Counted from the stretch's first letter, positions 16,226 to 26,064 are shown. The stretch is 40,082 nucleotides of DNA from Candidatus Magasanikiibacteriota bacterium (GCA_943359595.1 CALRIA010000004.1:1-40082), one strand, 5' to 3'. Translations and numbers: made by a program. The notes: a model not told the origin generated them from the letters alone.

Positions 16226-18010
16226 ATGTCAAAAAAATGGATAATTTCTCCCGCAGTACCAGATGAATTTTTAATTGCTCACCCAGAACTACCGTCAATA
16301 GTAGCGCGTTTGCTATACAATCGAAATATAAAAACTCAAGAACAGATTGACGAATTTTTAAATCCAGATTATTTACAAGACATTCATGATCCATTTTTAT
16401 TTAATGACATGGAAAAAGCGGTAGAAATTATTTTTTCACATATTAAAGAACAAAAAAATATCGTTGTACATGGCGATTACGATGCTGATGGAGTTTGCGC
16501 ATCCGCAACCATTGTTAGTTGTCTACAAAAAATTGGTGCACAAAATGTTTCGGTATTTTTACCACATCGAGAAACAGATGGATACGGACTAAACATGAAT
16601 ACAGTCAAAAATCTCAAAGAACAAAAAACTGATTTAATAATTACTTGTGACTGTGGAGTGAGCAATACGCCAGAGGTAAAATTGGCCAAACAACTTGGTA
16701 TGATGGTAATTATAACTGACCACCATTCAATTCCCGCCGAAATACCACCAGCCGACGCCATCATTCACCCCAAAATTCCCGATGAGAAATATCCAGACAA
16801 AGGCTTGTGTGGTGGAGCGGTCGCTTTTAAATTAGTTCAAGCCTTACTAAAAAAACATCAGGAGAAAAACGCCACATTACTTGATGGACAATCACATGAA
16901 GCATTTGAAAAGTGGCTACTGGATCTAGCAGCCATCGCCTCTATCGGCGATATGGTTCCACTAATCGGTGAATCCCGCACACTTACTCGTTACGGACTGA
17001 CCGTATTGAATAAGACTCACAATTTGGGATTAAAAAAATTGATGTTTGTCGCTGGCATATTGGATGAAAACGACCAACCTAAACGAGGAACAATCGGAGC
17101 ACATACCGTTGGCTTTCAGATTGTACCTCGTCTTAATGCCGCTGGGCGTATGGATCATGCTAATAGCGCATATGCTCTACTCATGGCCAAAGACGAACAT
17201 GGGGCGGAAAATTTGGCGTGGCAATTGAATCAAAATAATATTGATCGTCAAAAATTAACAGAAAATTTAGTAAACCAAGCAATTAAACAGATAAAAGACA
17301 CTGGCCAAGAAAAAAATCCAGCTTTATTCGCGTTCGCTGAAGATTGGCCAACTGGAGTACTAGGTTTAGTATCTGGTCGTCTCAAGGATATGTTTTATAA
17401 ACCATCATTGGCGATGGGGAAAAATAGTAGTGGAGAAATCGTTGGTTCAGGCCGTAGTATTTCTGAATTTAATCTTATTGCTACTATGCAAGAACGACCA
17501 GAATTTTTTGATAAATTTGGTGGTCACCCTCAAGCTTGTGGCTTTACTATAAAATCCAAAGAAACACTAGAAGAATTTAAAAAATTCTTAAATAAAAAAG
17601 TGCTCGAGGGAACCAAAGAAATTGAACTGGTACCACAAATTAATATTGATTCTATAGTTGATTTAGATGAAATAAATTGGAAAATGTATGATTTATTACA
17701 AAAATTTGAACCATTTGGAATGAATAATGAAGAACCGATCTATGCCGCTTATGGTTTAACTATAGTAAATATTGATCCAGTCGGACAAGACGGCAAGCAC
17801 TTACGCATGAATCTCAAACACAACTCTCAAACAATTAAAAAAACCATCGGATTTGGGCTGGGTGATATCACTAGGCATCCCGATGATTGGAAAAATAGCC
17901 TACATTCTGGGGATAAAATAGATATTGCATTCTGTATAAGTGTGAATGAATGGAACGGTAATCGAGAATTACAGATGACTATTCATGATATTAAAAAAAG
18001 CACCGAATAA
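16226..18010 (+). CDS. recJ: Single-stranded DNA exonuclease RecJ
   Basis: HGDYDADG, PHRETDGYG, ITCDCG, TDHH, PRLNAAGR, GSGRS, GGHPQACG, EPFG..N.EP. Confidence 0.97.
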   Translation: MSKKWIISPAVPDEFLIAHPELPSIVARLLYNRNIKTQEQIDEFLNPDYLQDIHDPFLFNDMEKAVEIIFSHIKEQKNIVVHGDYDADGVCASATIVSCLQKIGAQNVSVFLPHRETDGYGLNMNTVKNLKEQKTDLIITCDCGVSNTPEVKLAKQLGMMVIITDHHSIPAEIPPADAIIHPKIPDEKYPDKGLCGGAVAFKLVQALLKKHQEKNATLLDGQSHEAFEKWLLDLAAIASIGDMVPLIGESRTLTRYGLTVLNKTHNLGLKKLMFVAGILDENDQPKRGTIGAHTVGFQIVPRLNAAGRMDHANSAYALLMAKDEHGAENLAWQLNQNNIDRQKLTENLVNQAIKQIKDTGQEKNPALFAFAEDWPTGVLGLVSGRLKDMFYKPSLAMGKNSSGEIVGSGRSISEFNLIATMQERPEFFDKFGGHPQACGFTIKSKETLEEFKKFLNKKVLEGTKEIELVPQINIDSIVDLDEINWKMYDLLQKFEPFGMNNEEPIYAAYGLTIVNIDPVGQDGKHLRMNLKHNSQTIKKTIGFGLGDITRHPDDWKNSLHSGDKIDIAFCISVNEWNGNRELQMTIHDIKKSTE

Positions 18011-18022
18011 TCGGTGCTTTTT
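17995..18022. terminator. Bidirectional intrinsic terminator; the recJ stop codon lies in the loop
   Basis: AAAAAGCACCGA-ATAA-TCGGTGCTTTTT. Confidence 0.9.
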
Positions 18023-18035
18023 ATTTTGTTTATAT

Positions 18036-18347
18036 TTATGATTTTTTTAATTCTTTTTGCAGTTGAATCCATTTCTTTTTTAATTGTTTGATAAGATTAT
18101 TTTTTACCTCTTCAGCTAAATCTTTTTTAGCCGCATACTCTTCTACCGCTCGTTCAACTAGGGCATCCCACATTTCCTGGGTAGGGCCTTCTAGCTGTTT
18201 TATACTGGCTTTCAATTCGTTATATAAAGGTTCCAAATGCAACATTATTTTGTCACGCATTTCTTTACCCTGTGGAGTGACATTGAGCCAAGTCAAAAAC
18301 GCCCCTACTGCCCCTCCCAAAATAAGTCCTCTTTTAAAATTACCCAT
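18036..18347 (-). CDS. YtxH-like protein
   Basis: GLILGGAVGAFL....TPQGKEMRDKI N-terminus followed by a charged helical region. Confidence 0.75.
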   Translation of the reverse strand: MGNFKRGLILGGAVGAFLTWLNVTPQGKEMRDKIMLHLEPLYNELKASIKQLEGPTQEMWDALVERAVEEYAAKKDLAEEVKNNLIKQLKKKWIQLQKELKKS

Positions 18348-18376
18348 ATAATAACAATTAATATAAAGCCAATAGT

Positions 18377-18385
18377 ATTATACCA
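18377..18385 (-). promoter_or_regulatory. Extended -10 promoter for the YtxH-like gene
   Basis: Minus strand TGGTATAAT about 30 nt upstream of the ATG. Confidence 0.55.
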
Positions 18386-18395
18386 CACTTATAAA

Positions 18396-19247
18396 CTAGT
18401 TGGTAGCGCAGGCAGCACCAGCTGAAGCATTACCAGTAGCATCATAGCCGAATCCAGCCCCATAAGCTGCGCTAGCCAAGGTTGTGCCACATTCAGCTGG
18501 TGGGTTATTAAACGCAGCACAGATAGCTTGCTTAACTGCATCAGCAGTGCGGTTTACTCCATCTACTTGGGCACCATTGATTACTAGAGTTGGAGAACCC
18601 TGCACACCATATTTGATATTTAGGTCTTCATTGATTGGATAAACTGGATAACGACCAGATAGCCAAGTGGTTTGATCATTATATTTATCTAAAGTCTTAT
18701 ATTTAGCGTTTATAGCATTAACACAAGAACTTAGACTACCTTCAGACAATCCGGCTTGAGACAAACAGGCCTTATAATCATCTTTACCAGTAAAACATGT
18801 CAGGTAAGCTTGGTATTTAGCCGGTTGATTTTGTTCGATACAATATTGTCTAGTATTTTCTTCTATTTCTTTTAGACCATGCATCGCATAAGATACAAAT
18901 TTGATATCAATATCAGCTTTGTTTTTAAGTAAATTCCAAGCTGGCAAATAAGCTTTTTCCATCTGTAAACCAAATGGACAATAGGCCATAACGAATAACT
19001 CTACTTTCGGACGATCAGATTTTGTGACTGAAACTGGAGCAGAAGGTTGTGGTGGTTGAGCTTCCGGATCGGCAGTAGCCACTGGAGAAACCGAAGTAGA
19101 AAGGCCAGATTTATTATTTACTTTAAAATATAAACCTAACATTACTACAAAACCAATAGTACAAATAACTAAAATGCCGGCAACCAAGCCAACAAGCAAA
19201 GCACTCTTTGAATCTAGACTAGCAAAAAAAGATTTCTTCTGTTCCAT
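18396..19247 (-). CDS. Membrane-anchored thioredoxin-fold (DsbA-like) protein
   Basis: N-terminal TM helix, Pro-rich linker, VELFVMAYCPFG, cis-Pro loop GVQGSPTLVING, several additional Cys. Confidence 0.8.
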   Translation of the reverse strand: MEQKKSFFASLDSKSALLVGLVAGILVICTIGFVVMLGLYFKVNNKSGLSTSVSPVATADPEAQPPQPSAPVSVTKSDRPKVELFVMAYCPFGLQMEKAYLPAWNLLKNKADIDIKFVSYAMHGLKEIEENTRQYCIEQNQPAKYQAYLTCFTGKDDYKACLSQAGLSEGSLSSCVNAINAKYKTLDKYNDQTTWLSGRYPVYPINEDLNIKYGVQGSPTLVINGAQVDGVNRTADAVKQAICAAFNNPPAECGTTLASAAYGAGFGYDATGNASAGAACATN

Positions 19248-19274
19248 ATAAAATGTATTAGAAATTAATTATTA

Positions 19275-19865
19275 TTATTTAGATGCCAATATATTATAAA
19301 CCATAACTAAATCTTCGGCAATACTCGGATTGTGAGTATCCGCCTCTTCTAGCGGCAGACCTAAAACTACAATTTTTTCCTCATCCTTTAGCATCTTTAA
19401 ACCCACTTGTGAGAGATTGCGTCTATCAGCAAAGAAAGTAACGTGTCGCGCTACCTTAAACAATTTTGGGAGATAATAATAATTATAAAATTTTATTAAA
19501 TAACCAAAAAAATCTGGTGTTTTAAAATCGTGGTGATAAGTGATAATTAAACTTTTTTCCGGATGATCTGTAACCCATTGCAAAATTTTTTCGGCTGCAC
19601 CAAAAAATGGACAGTGTAAATTTATTATATCATAATATTCCCAAGCTTCAATATTTTTTTCAACCGGCTCTTGTCCAACAAATTTTCTGGAAGGGGCAGA
19701 TTTTTTTACTTCAAATGTGTCTTTTCTAGTAACACTACCATAATTTAAAGTAATAGCATCAGCTTCTACACCAAGATCACTTTCCGCTTCTAAAATTTTA
19801 AAGGCTTCGGTATTAATTTCCTCAAAATAATCAAAAGCATTAGGAATGATATGAAGAACTTTCAT
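19275..19865 (-). CDS. Glycosyltransferase family 4 N-terminal domain only (half GT-B)
   Basis: MKVLHIIP, DIINLHCPF, LIITYHHD, LFKVARHVTF; only 196 aa with no donor-binding domain. Confidence 0.65.
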   Translation of the reverse strand: MKVLHIIPNAFDYFEEINTEAFKILEAESDLGVEADAITLNYGSVTRKDTFEVKKSAPSRKFVGQEPVEKNIEAWEYYDIINLHCPFFGAAEKILQWVTDHPEKSLIITYHHDFKTPDFFGYLIKFYNYYYLPKLFKVARHVTFFADRRNLSQVGLKMLKDEEKIVVLGLPLEEADTHNPSIAEDLVMVYNILASK

Positions 19866-20193
19866 ATTTTTTTGTTTGATTAAGAGTGTCTTGTCTAACT
19901 AATTTAGTTATCTGACGTTCGATTTTTTCTAAACGTACAAAAATTTTAAATACTAAGAAAAATAACAAAGTTATTGTTAAATACAAAATAGCATCAACTC
20001 CCCTACCAACTCCTAGCACTTTAGCTAAAATTAAGGTAGAATTTGGATTAATAACTACCGCCATTGCCAAAATCCAAAAAATTACCCACCCCACCGTTTC
20101 TTTACCTTTCAAATATCCCGATCGAAATTTACTTAAAACTTTAAACAAGACAACTAAGAAAAAAACCACTAAAATAATTTGAATAACCATCAT
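19840..20193 (-). CDS. DUF2304 family membrane protein
   Basis: W...WI...AV.INP......AKVLGVGRGVDAILY...RLEKIERQITKLVRQ; typically paired with a DPM-synthase-like GT2. Confidence 0.88.
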   Translation of the reverse strand: MMVIQIILVVFFLVVLFKVLSKFRSGYLKGKETVGWVIFWILAMAVVINPNSTLILAKVLGVGRGVDAILYLTITLLFFLVFKIFVRLEKIERQITKLVRQDTLNQTKKYESSSYHS

Positions 20194-20198
20194 ATTTA

Positions 20199-20858
20199 TT
20201 AATTAATTTTAGCTATCAACAAATCCCACAAAATTTTTAAACCGCCTGACACACCCTGGCCATTTTCAAAATAAAGCACTTCAACTGGCAATTCACCATA
20301 TTTAAGATTGTTTTCTTTTACTAAACGTGGAATTTCAGAATTATGAGCCATCTGATCTTGGGTAATATTGATTTTTTCAAGCGCTCGACGATGCATTATC
20401 CTAAACCCATTGTGAACATCAGATAGATTTAATTTTGTTATAAAATTATTGATAATTCTACTAAATGGTAAAATAAAATATTTTTTAAAAAACGGAACTT
20501 TTGATCGAGTGTCTAAAAACCTAGAACCAAAAACTATATCTAAATTTTCTTCGATTAATTTTTCAATACCTTTATTGATATCATTTACATTAAATTGGCC
20601 ATCCGAATCAAAATGAACCACAATTTCCGCCCCATTTTGTAACACAAATTCGTTTCCAGTTTGCAAAGCCGCTCCCTGACCACGATTAATCATATGCTTT
20701 AAAACTTTTGCTCCCGCAGTTACAGCTTCACTGACCGTATTATCATCTGAACCATCATCGACAACTATGATGTTTTTAAAACCGTGTTGAAAAAGGTCGC
20801 GAATTACGCGACCGATTTTTTGTTCTTCATTATAAGCTGGAAGCACTATGAATATCAT
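20199..20858 (-). CDS. GT2 glycosyltransferase, DPM1-like polyprenol-phosphate sugar synthase
   Basis: VLPAYNEE, VVDDGSDD, NRGQGAALQTG, FDSDGQ, VFGSRFL, DVHNGFR. Confidence 0.9.
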   Translation of the reverse strand: MIFIVLPAYNEEQKIGRVIRDLFQHGFKNIIVVDDGSDDNTVSEAVTAGAKVLKHMINRGQGAALQTGNEFVLQNGAEIVVHFDSDGQFNVNDINKGIEKLIEENLDIVFGSRFLDTRSKVPFFKKYFILPFSRIINNFITKLNLSDVHNGFRIMHRRALEKINITQDQMAHNSEIPRLVKENNLKYGELPVEVLYFENGQGVSGGLKILWDLLIAKIN

Positions 20859-20883
20859 ATACCGTCTTAAACAACCATCGTAT

Positions 20884-21900
20884 TTATTTACTATGGAATA
20901 ACAAGGCTTCTTTGTTGGCTACTGTATAATCTATTGCTTTCTGCAAACCATCTTCTAAGCGAACTAACGGCAACCAGCCTAAAGATTCTTTGACATAAGT
21001 CAGATCCGGTAAGCCTTTTTTGGTCAAAAATACTAGTGGTTTTTCAAAAACTACCCTGGAAGTAGAACCGGTAAGTTCAATAATTTTTTGAGCTACTTCA
21101 GTATAACTTATCACTCGATCGCCACCTAAATTGACTATTTTTACATCAGGAGAAGCCCCCATCAAACGCGCAAAACCATCTACCATATCAGTGACATATA
21201 AAAGCGACGTAGACATAGTTTCATCTCCATAAATAACCAAATCTTTTCCTTCTAATGCGTTGATTATAAAATCAGGAATCAACTGTCCTTCAAATAATTT
21301 CATACGTGGTCCATATGTGGTAAAAACACGAGCAATTTTGGCATCAATGCCATAGATTTGACGATAAGTTTCTACACAAGTTTCAGCGAAACGTTTTCCT
21401 TCGTCATAACAAGCGCGAGGAGTTAGATGATCTACTACTCCCTGGTAAGATTCCAAAAAAACACCGCCATCCTGAGGATTGCCATAAACCACAGAGCTAG
21501 AAGCAAAAACATATTTGGCACGATATTTTACTGCCAAATCCAAGGTGCTAATCATGGCTGAAGAATTGGAAAGCAACGATTTCATCTTTAATCTTTCAAA
21601 ATCATTCGGGCTAGTTGGACAAGCCAAATGATAAATTTCTTGAACACCTTGAAATTTTACTTTAAATTTATCCAACTCATCAAATTTATTTAAATCAATC
21701 GGATTGTCTACATCATAATTAATAAATTCAAAATCAGGATATTGCAAAAGATGTTCGATATTTTTTGGCGATGAATTTGAAAAATCATCAACACAAATTA
21801 CATTGGCTTCTTTTAGCAAACGTTCGCACAGATGGGAGCCGATAAAGCCAGCTCCACCAGTAACCAAGATATTTTTTTTCTCAAATACAGGATTTTCCAT
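20884..21900 (-). CDS. Extended SDR nucleotide-sugar epimerase/dehydratase, UDP-glucuronate decarboxylase-like
   Basis: TGGAGFIGSHL, IYHLACPTSP, RACYDEGKRFAET (YxxxK), RVFTTYGPRM. ATG 21900 preferred. Confidence 0.88.
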   Translation of the reverse strand: MENPVFEKKNILVTGGAGFIGSHLCERLLKEANVICVDDFSNSSPKNIEHLLQYPDFEFINYDVDNPIDLNKFDELDKFKVKFQGVQEIYHLACPTSPNDFERLKMKSLLSNSSAMISTLDLAVKYRAKYVFASSSVVYGNPQDGGVFLESYQGVVDHLTPRACYDEGKRFAETCVETYRQIYGIDAKIARVFTTYGPRMKLFEGQLIPDFIINALEGKDLVIYGDETMSTSLLYVTDMVDGFARLMGASPDVKIVNLGGDRVISYTEVAQKIIELTGSTSRVVFEKPLVFLTKKGLPDLTYVKESLGWLPLVRLEDGLQKAIDYTVANKEALLFHSK

Positions 21901-21929
21901 AAGGAAAAACATTAATTTTTAGCGCTTAT

Positions 21930-21958
21930 ACTATAGCATTTATCTAAAAAAAGGGCAA
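21930..21958 (-). promoter_or_regulatory. Sigma70-type promoter for the SDR/GT2/DUF2304/half-GT operon
   Basis: Minus strand TTGCCC (21958-21953), 17 nt spacer ending TGC, TATAGT (21935-21930). Confidence 0.55.
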
Positions 21959-21968
21959 CCACAAAAAA

Positions 21969-23495
21969 TTAATTTTGGTCCAACCAGCCGTATTGTTTGA
22001 TTGTAATTTTATTAGTGGTTTTTTTACCTTTTTTTACTAATTTTTCTGTAAATTCCAACTGCACTTTCCTTTGACTATCAATAGTTACAATTTTAATACC
22101 AGTCGGTATTTTTTTAGTTGAGTAATCAGTGGTTGGAACGGCTTTTTCCATCCATCTGTGACCTTGTTCAGTGAAAAATTGAACATAATAATAATTGTTT
22201 CTTTTTGTCAAAGAATACACCTCATCTAATTTATTATTAAAAGAGCGAGCGGCAGCTAAAGTTATTATAGACGCATCGCCTGTATCAGCAAAAAAATAAT
22301 TAATCTCATCGTGTTTAGTAAATATTACATTGCCTTTAAAATAATATTTTTCTTTAGGTAAAAAATAAGTTATCTGTGAACCATCTAATGCACTTTCTGC
22401 GGCCCGACCAATATTTAAACGACCAAACCCAACATCATTTGGAAAATCCAAATTTTTAGATTGAATATCATCACTATTTTTAAGAAGATTATTAATAATA
22501 TCTTTAGCTGACCAATCTGGTCGCAAAGATTTTATCAAAGCCGCCGCTCCAGCTACTAGTGGCACCGAAAATGAAGTCCCCTTCCATGGACCATCAAATT
22601 CTTTATTATAGCCATAAACCGGTGAATATCTTTGAGTACTAAAAATATTTTGTCCAGGTGCGAATAGATCAACACAATTGCCGTAATTTGAAAATTTACT
22701 AAGTTGATCATTTTCATCAACAGATGATACGCCGAGAATCCAATTTTCAGCCGAATCAACATCCATACAAATTGGGTAATGACGAATATTGTTTAAATTA
22801 CCATTACCAGAACGTTGATCGTTTCCAGCGGCCGCCACAACAACAATGCCAGCATCATAAGCTTCACGCAATATTTTTTTTAAAGATATATCATCATTGA
22901 ATCCAACCATGCTCAAACTAATAACATCTGCTCCATTATCTATGGCATAACGTACCGCTTCTATTACTTGCACATATGAGCCACTACCGTCGCTAGCTAT
23001 TGCGCGCAATGGCATGATTTTTACTTTCCAACTCAAACCAACGCCATCTTGGCCATTGTCTCCTACTGCTCCAATCAAACCGGCAATAACAGTGCCGTGG
23101 TTAATCGCATCTGGATCATCGGTATTATCAAATACACTAGTACGAATATCATTACTGTTTTCAATAAAATTCCAACCATGCACATCGTCCACTAGACCAT
23201 TACCATCATCATCATAGCCATTGTCTGAAATTTCATATGGATTGGTCCAAATATTATTTTTTAGATCACCATGCCAAATATCGGCTCCAGTATCAACGAT
23301 AGCTACAGTCACCTGATTTGAACCAGTTGTATAGTCCCAAGCTTTTTCCGCCCCAATTTGTTGCCATATTTTTTGTTGTTTTGAATAATCTGGATCATTT
23401 GGTATTTTAGCCTCAACAACGGTAGAAAATAAAAAAAGACCCAAAAACACAATTAGGGTTGATTTTTTAGCCAAATTATAATATAATCTAAACAT
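21969..23495 (-). CDS. Secreted S8 (subtilisin-like) serine peptidase
   Basis: Signal peptide ending VEA; catalytic triad VDTG (D), NHGT (H), GTSFSVP (S); oxyanion AAAGND. Confidence 0.93.
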   Translation of the reverse strand: MFRLYYNLAKKSTLIVFLGLFLFSTVVEAKIPNDPDYSKQQKIWQQIGAEKAWDYTTGSNQVTVAIVDTGADIWHGDLKNNIWTNPYEISDNGYDDDGNGLVDDVHGWNFIENSNDIRTSVFDNTDDPDAINHGTVIAGLIGAVGDNGQDGVGLSWKVKIMPLRAIASDGSGSYVQVIEAVRYAIDNGADVISLSMVGFNDDISLKKILREAYDAGIVVVAAAGNDQRSGNGNLNNIRHYPICMDVDSAENWILGVSSVDENDQLSKFSNYGNCVDLFAPGQNIFSTQRYSPVYGYNKEFDGPWKGTSFSVPLVAGAAALIKSLRPDWSAKDIINNLLKNSDDIQSKNLDFPNDVGFGRLNIGRAAESALDGSQITYFLPKEKYYFKGNVIFTKHDEINYFFADTGDASIITLAAARSFNNKLDEVYSLTKRNNYYYVQFFTEQGHRWMEKAVPTTDYSTKKIPTGIKIVTIDSQRKVQLEFTEKLVKKGKKTTNKITIKQYGWLDQN

Positions 23496-23539
23496 AAATA
23501 GCTTAAAATATAGTATACACTAATAAATACTTTAATTCC

Positions 23540-24892
23540 ATGTACCGTCTAAAACAACTAACCATTCTTATCGGCGATCTATTATCTCTTTATATAGGTT
23601 TGTATTTAGCTATATTTTTACGATATTTGGATATTCCTAGCCAAACAAATATAAATAATTTATTAGGACCTTTTAGTGGTTTATTTTTTATAGCCATTAT
23701 TATCGCTTTTATCAGTGGTATATATGATTTAGGAAAAGCCAAAAATACTTTTGCTCTTTATCAAAAAATATTTTTTGCGGCTATAATTTGGACTGTACTA
23801 GGAGTATTATACTTTTATATTACACCAAAAACTAATATTAACCCAAAAACAATTCTAGCTCTAACCACTTTATGCGGATTTGGTTTATTGTCCTTGTGGC
23901 GGTTTTTATACAATCGTTTTGTAGCCACAACTATTTTAAAAACCAAAATTGTCTTCGTTGGATTTTCCAGTGAAGCGCAAAAAATTACCGAAACAATAAC
24001 GCGCTCACCTCAAATAGGCTATGAAATAGTTGGTATAGTAGGTTCACCAAATTGTTCAACAGACATTCCTTGTATTCAAAACTTATCTGATCTTAAGATG
24101 AATCCAGATTTAATTGTACTTGATTTTAACTATCAAAAAAATAATACTATCACCAAAGAATTATATCAAAAAATATTTCAACAAATTGGCATTATTGATT
24201 TGGCGGATTTTTATGAAATAATTTATCGCCGTCTACCACCTTTTACTTTTTCGGAAAATTGGTTTTTAACTAAATTTCAAGAACAATCTAAAAAAATATA
24301 CGATCGTTTTCGTTTGCTAACAGATTTTATTGCCGCTATTTTTATGGCAATATTTTTTATCATAACTTTTCCATTGATTGCCATAGCTATAAAATTAAAT
24401 TCAAGAGGGCCAATCTTATTTCAACAATTCCGAATTGGTCGTAATGGTCAAATATTTTCTATCTACAAATACCGAACAATGAGAGCTTTGAATTCTGATG
24501 GCAGCGCCGAGATTAACGGACCACAATATGCTACTGAAAAAGATAACCGCATTACATTGATAGGAAAATTTTTAAGAGCTACGCGTTTAGATGAAATACC
24601 TCAATTTATCAATATCTTTAAAAATGAGATGGGACTAATCGGACCACGACCAGAGAGACCAGAATTTGTTGACCAACTAACAAAATTAATGCCATTTTAC
24701 GCCTTGCGTCATTTGGTAAAACCAGGATTAACTGGTTGGGCTCAACTACAAAGTGGCTACTATGGAACTCTAGATGAGAATTTAGGAAAATTGGAATATG
24801 ATTTATATTATATAAAAAATCGCGGTCCAATCTTGGATATCGCAATTATTTTAAAAACTATTAGTGTTGTACTAGGAATGATTGGACGATAA
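23540..24892 (+). CDS. Polyprenyl-phosphate hexose-1-phosphate transferase (WcaJ/WbaP-like)
   Basis: Four N-terminal TMs, a Rossmann-like middle domain, then KYRTM, RATRLDEIPQ, GPRPE, KPGLTGWAQ, DLYYIKN. Confidence 0.93.
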   Translation: MYRLKQLTILIGDLLSLYIGLYLAIFLRYLDIPSQTNINNLLGPFSGLFFIAIIIAFISGIYDLGKAKNTFALYQKIFFAAIIWTVLGVLYFYITPKTNINPKTILALTTLCGFGLLSLWRFLYNRFVATTILKTKIVFVGFSSEAQKITETITRSPQIGYEIVGIVGSPNCSTDIPCIQNLSDLKMNPDLIVLDFNYQKNNTITKELYQKIFQQIGIIDLADFYEIIYRRLPPFTFSENWFLTKFQEQSKKIYDRFRLLTDFIAAIFMAIFFIITFPLIAIAIKLNSRGPILFQQFRIGRNGQIFSIYKYRTMRALNSDGSAEINGPQYATEKDNRITLIGKFLRATRLDEIPQFINIFKNEMGLIGPRPERPEFVDQLTKLMPFYALRHLVKPGLTGWAQLQSGYYGTLDENLGKLEYDLYYIKNRGPILDIAIILKTISVVLGMIGR

Positions 24893-24904
24893 TAAATAAC
24901 AAAT

Positions 24905-24934
24905 AAAAAATCCTGTATCAACACAGGATTTTTT
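24905..24934. terminator. Bidirectional intrinsic terminator
   Basis: AAAAAATCCTGT-ATCAAC-ACAGGATTTTTT between convergent genes. Confidence 0.9.
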
Positions 24935-24937
24935 ATT

Positions 24938-26026
24938 TTATAATTCAATTACCGTTTGTTCACCAACTATCAATCGGTGAAATCCATCATTATTTTTTTT
25001 CTTTATCTGAACATTTCCGCCGACGATACTATCTTTTATTTTTAAATCGCAAATCAAATGACAGTTGGTCAAAATAATTGAATTAGCAATTTCTACACCC
25101 TCAATTATACTCCCACTACCGATAGTAACATTGGGAGATATAATACAATTTTTTAAGGTACAATTTTCACCTATGATTACTGGACCATTAATTTTAACAT
25201 CCTGATCAACGGTGGTTCCAACGCCGATTTTAACTTTACCAAAAATTTGTGCGCCACTAAGCACTTGACCCAAATTTTTAAATTCGCTCTCTGGTATTTC
25301 TTCTAATAGTAGCTGGTTAGCCAAAATTAAATCTATTGGCGCACCAGTGTCTTTCCACCAACCGGTAATTTCTTTATGCCCGACTTTGAAATTATTTTTT
25401 AAAAAATAGGAATGAATATCAGAAATTTCATACTCACCACGAGCGCTTTTATTTATTTTTTTAAAAGCATCAAAAAATACTTTCGGGCCATATAAATATA
25501 TTCCCGTAACGGCAAAATCATTGGGAGGATTTTTAGGTTTTTCGTGTACATCAATAAGATTGTTACTGCTATCAAAAATTGGCACACCAAAACGATTTGG
25601 ATCTGGAACTTTAGATAAAGCCAGCATGCAATCAAATTTGTTTTCAGCAAAATTATCCAACATTGGTTTGATGCTACCTAAAATAATATTGTCGGATAGA
25701 TAAAACATAAAAGGATCATCGCCAATAAATTTTTGTGCTTCGTTTACCACGTGAGCAATTCCTTGAGGGCCACCGGTTTGTTCAAAAAATTGAATTTTTA
25801 TACCCCAATGTCCGCCATCACCAATATGCTTTTGTAAATCAGTTTCACCAGGGTTGGTATTGATGAAAATCTCTTCAACCCCAGCTTCAACTGCCTTGGC
25901 AATAGCATGAAAAATCATTGGTTTGTTGGCCAAAGGAATTAAATGTTTATTCATAGTAGAGGTTACCGGACGCAATCTAGTCGCTCGGCCACCTCCGGTT
26001 AAAATTGCTTTTTTTATTTTTTGCAT
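24938..26026 (-). CDS. rmlA: Glucose-1-phosphate thymidylyltransferase, long form with C-terminal left-handed beta-helix
   Basis: ILTGGGRATRLRP.T..NKHLIP, GIAH, YLSDNI, AVTGIYLY, SARGEYEISD, GWWKDTG, hexapeptide repeats. ATG 26026 (MQKIKKAIL) preferred. Confidence 0.88.
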   Translation of the reverse strand: MQKIKKAILTGGGRATRLRPVTSTMNKHLIPLANKPMIFHAIAKAVEAGVEEIFINTNPGETDLQKHIGDGGHWGIKIQFFEQTGGPQGIAHVVNEAQKFIGDDPFMFYLSDNIILGSIKPMLDNFAENKFDCMLALSKVPDPNRFGVPIFDSSNNLIDVHEKPKNPPNDFAVTGIYLYGPKVFFDAFKKINKSARGEYEISDIHSYFLKNNFKVGHKEITGWWKDTGAPIDLILANQLLLEEIPESEFKNLGQVLSGAQIFGKVKIGVGTTVDQDVKINGPVIIGENCTLKNCIISPNVTIGSGSIIEGVEIANSIILTNCHLICDLKIKDSIVGGNVQIKKKNNDGFHRLIVGEQTVIEL

Positions 26027-26064
26027 ACATTTTTCGTCATTCTCGCGAAAACAGTAATCTAAAA

